A DNA stretch of 37,172 bases from Chthonomonas calidirosea (GTDB lineage Bacteria; Armatimonadota; Fimbriimonadia; Fimbriimonadales; Fimbriimonadaceae): contig CAMAPH010000030.1 of NCBI GenBank assembly GCA_945859975.1, positions 1 to 37,172 of the forward strand, read 5' to 3'. The number at the start of each line of letters is the position of its first letter. Position 1 is the stretch's first letter. Below, one piece after another: positions 35,544-37,172 of this stretch. The notes beneath the pieces are model-generated. The model had not been told where the DNA came from. It saw nothing but the letters and a program-made list of their open reading frames with translations, and did not search any database. Both the position numbers and the translations under genes were made by a program.

Positions 35544-37172
35544 TCAGACCAGGTTCCCGGCCGCCATTTCGAGTTCATCCACCAGTCGATTGATGCGATC
35601 GGCGGTGGTTTCGTTGGTGACAGTCTCGCGCAGCCGGTCCACCAGAATCGGAAACGACATCGGCGTCGGGCGCTCCGGCTGCGTCAAAACGAGTTCGCTT
35701 TCCGATAACCGCTTCAAGGCAATCGCCAATCGGCTCTGCTCCAACTGCCGCTCCAGCACTTCCCGTTGTGCCTGTTGCAGCAGCATATTGTCCGGATCGA
35801 AGCGTGTAAAGACATCGAATAGCAGGCCAGTCGAAACTTGCAACTGCCGTGCCGACTTATTCATTCCGGGGTAGCCCTGAAAAACCAGCCCCGCGATCCG
35901 GGCAATCTCTCGAAACTGTCGCTTTGCCATCTCGACTGAGTTCAGCGAAGCCAAAATGTCCGGCCCCAGGTTCCGGCTGCTAAAAAGCCCACCCTCAATC
36001 TCCCCTTCAATATCAATCGGAGTTACGCTGAGAAGTTCAAACCCGTAGTCGTTGCAAGCAATCGTAAAGGTGACCTTTTGATTTTGCGAAATTCGATGCG
36101 CGCACAGCGCCGCGAGCCCTTCGTGCACCAACCGACCCTCGAACGGATAAAAGAACAGGTGGTGCCCTTCTTTGCTCTCAACCTGCTCGATCAGAAATTC
36201 ATCGTGCGCCGGCACCGCCGACCACCGGGCTTGAAGTTCAAGAATCGGCGCAAGCATCTCCATCTCGGGAGACCGAAGTTCCCCGTTCCGCGCGTGGTCC
36301 AGCTCTTCCCTAATCGCCTGCGAAAGCTCACTGGATAGCGGCAACCGCCCCCCGCTCCACCGTGGCACCGCCCCTTGCACGCTTGAGACCTTCTTCACGT
36401 AAGCGGTCATGTCTCGGATGTTCAAAAACTGAACCGGACGCCCCGCAAAAATGAACTTGTCCCCGGGCTTAAGTCGAGATAAGAACGATTCCTCCACCGT
36501 CCCCAGCACCGATCCGCCCTGGTATCGAACCGTCATGGCCGCATCGCTGACGATGGTGCCGATGCTCATTCGGTGCCGATGCGCGATGTCCTTGTCCTCA
36601 ACGCGATACCGCCCGTCTTCGCCCAGAACAACCCGGCGGTACTCAGGATAAGCACGCAGACTCTCCCCTCCGCGCACCACGAAGTCAAGCGTCCAGTCCC
36701 AATCGCTCAACGTGAGATCGCGGAACGACCGCGTGGTCTTGACCTCTCGATAGAGCTCTTCAGCATCAAAACCCGGCCCAACCGCGATGGTCACGAGATG
36801 CTGAGCGAGCACGTCGAGCGGGCGAAGAACGCCTTCCCGAGCCTCCACCTTCCCCGCCATCGCCGACTCCCGCGCGGCGGCGATATCCACCATCTCGAAG
36901 GCATGGGTCGGCACGCAAGTCACCCGAGAAGCCGCGCCCGGCCGGTGCCCGCTTCGCCCAGCACGTTGCAAGAGCCGCGCCACGCCCTTCGGCGACCCCA
37001 CCTGAATCACGCGATCTACCGGCGAAAAATCGACTCCAAGGTCAAGGGACGACGTGCAAACGACCGCCCGGAGCTTGCCCAGTTTCAGCCCCATTTCGAC
37101 CGCCTCACGAACCTCCCGATCCAGCGATCCGTGGTGCAGGCCAAGCACCCCTTTCCATTCCGGCTTCTCGTC
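35544..37172 (-). CDS. Ligase-associated DEXH-box (Lhr-core) helicase, 5' truncated by window edge
   Basis: HHGSLD, CTSSLDLGVD, LLQRAGRSGH, RMSIGTI, PFEGRLVHEG, FREIARIAGL; frame is open to the window end. Confidence 0.95.
   Translation of the reverse strand, partial: DEKPEWKGVLGLHHGSLDREVREAVEMGLKLGKLRAVVCTSSLDLGVDFSPVDRVIQVGSPKGVARLLQRAGRSGHRPGAASRVTCVPTHAFEMVDIAAARESAMAGKVEAREGVLRPLDVLAQHLVTIAVGPGFDAEELYREVKTTRSFRDLTLSDWDWTLDFVVRGGESLRAYPEYRRVVLGEDGRYRVEDKDIAHRHRMSIGTIVSDAAMTVRYQGGSVLGTVEESFLSRLKPGDKFIFAGRPVQFLNIRDMTAYVKKVSSVQGAVPRWSGGRLPLSSELSQAIREELDHARNGELRSPEMEMLAPILELQARWSAVPAHDEFLIEQVESKEGHHLFFYPFEGRLVHEGLAALCAHRISQNQKVTFTIACNDYGFELLSVTPIDIEGEIEGGLFSSRNLGPDILASLNSVEMAKRQFREIARIAGLVFQGYPGMNKSARQLQVSTGLLFDVFTRFDPDNMLLQQAQREVLERQLEQSRLAIALKRLSESELVLTQPERPTPMSFPILVDRLRETVTNETTADRINRLVDELEMAAGNLV

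Overview
Bacterial chromosomal window of roughly 57-60% GC by eye. The gene content (prepilin/H-X9-DG 'DUF1559-like' protein, heme c-copper monooxygenase, extended r-proteins) suggests Armatimonadota/Fimbriimonadia, which is an inference. 1-7.2 kb holds the S10/spc ribosomal protein cluster (rplC-D-W-B, rpsS, rplV, rpsC, rplP, rpmC, rpsQ, rplN-X-E). It appears split after rplB by a terminator plus a new promoter, stops after rplE, and has two structured leaders. 7.3-24 kb holds an ECF sigma/anti-sigma/membrane protein trio, a prepilin-like gene, a cytochrome c-copper monooxygenase, an SDR, a split M16 peptidase pair, a solo Cas4/AddB-like nuclease, a 2-oxoacid dehydrogenase E2, a zinc-finger-less Fpg, a GNAT, two tandem 445-aa secreted propeller-like proteins ending in a pilin-like domain, DUF1080, GT4 and YihY. 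24-37 kb holds the four ligase-associated DNA damage response genes as two convergent pairs (exonuclease+ligase; Lhr helicase+phosphoesterase). Between the pairs lie ffh-rpsP-khpA-rimM, an acyltransferase-3 + CBM-SGNH pair and a low-GC two-gene islet (669-aa orphan + lipoprotein). No tRNA, rRNA, CRISPR array or transposase was seen. The best novelty candidates are the propeller-pilin fusion pair, the low-GC islet, the r-protein leader RNAs and recurrent leaderless promoters.
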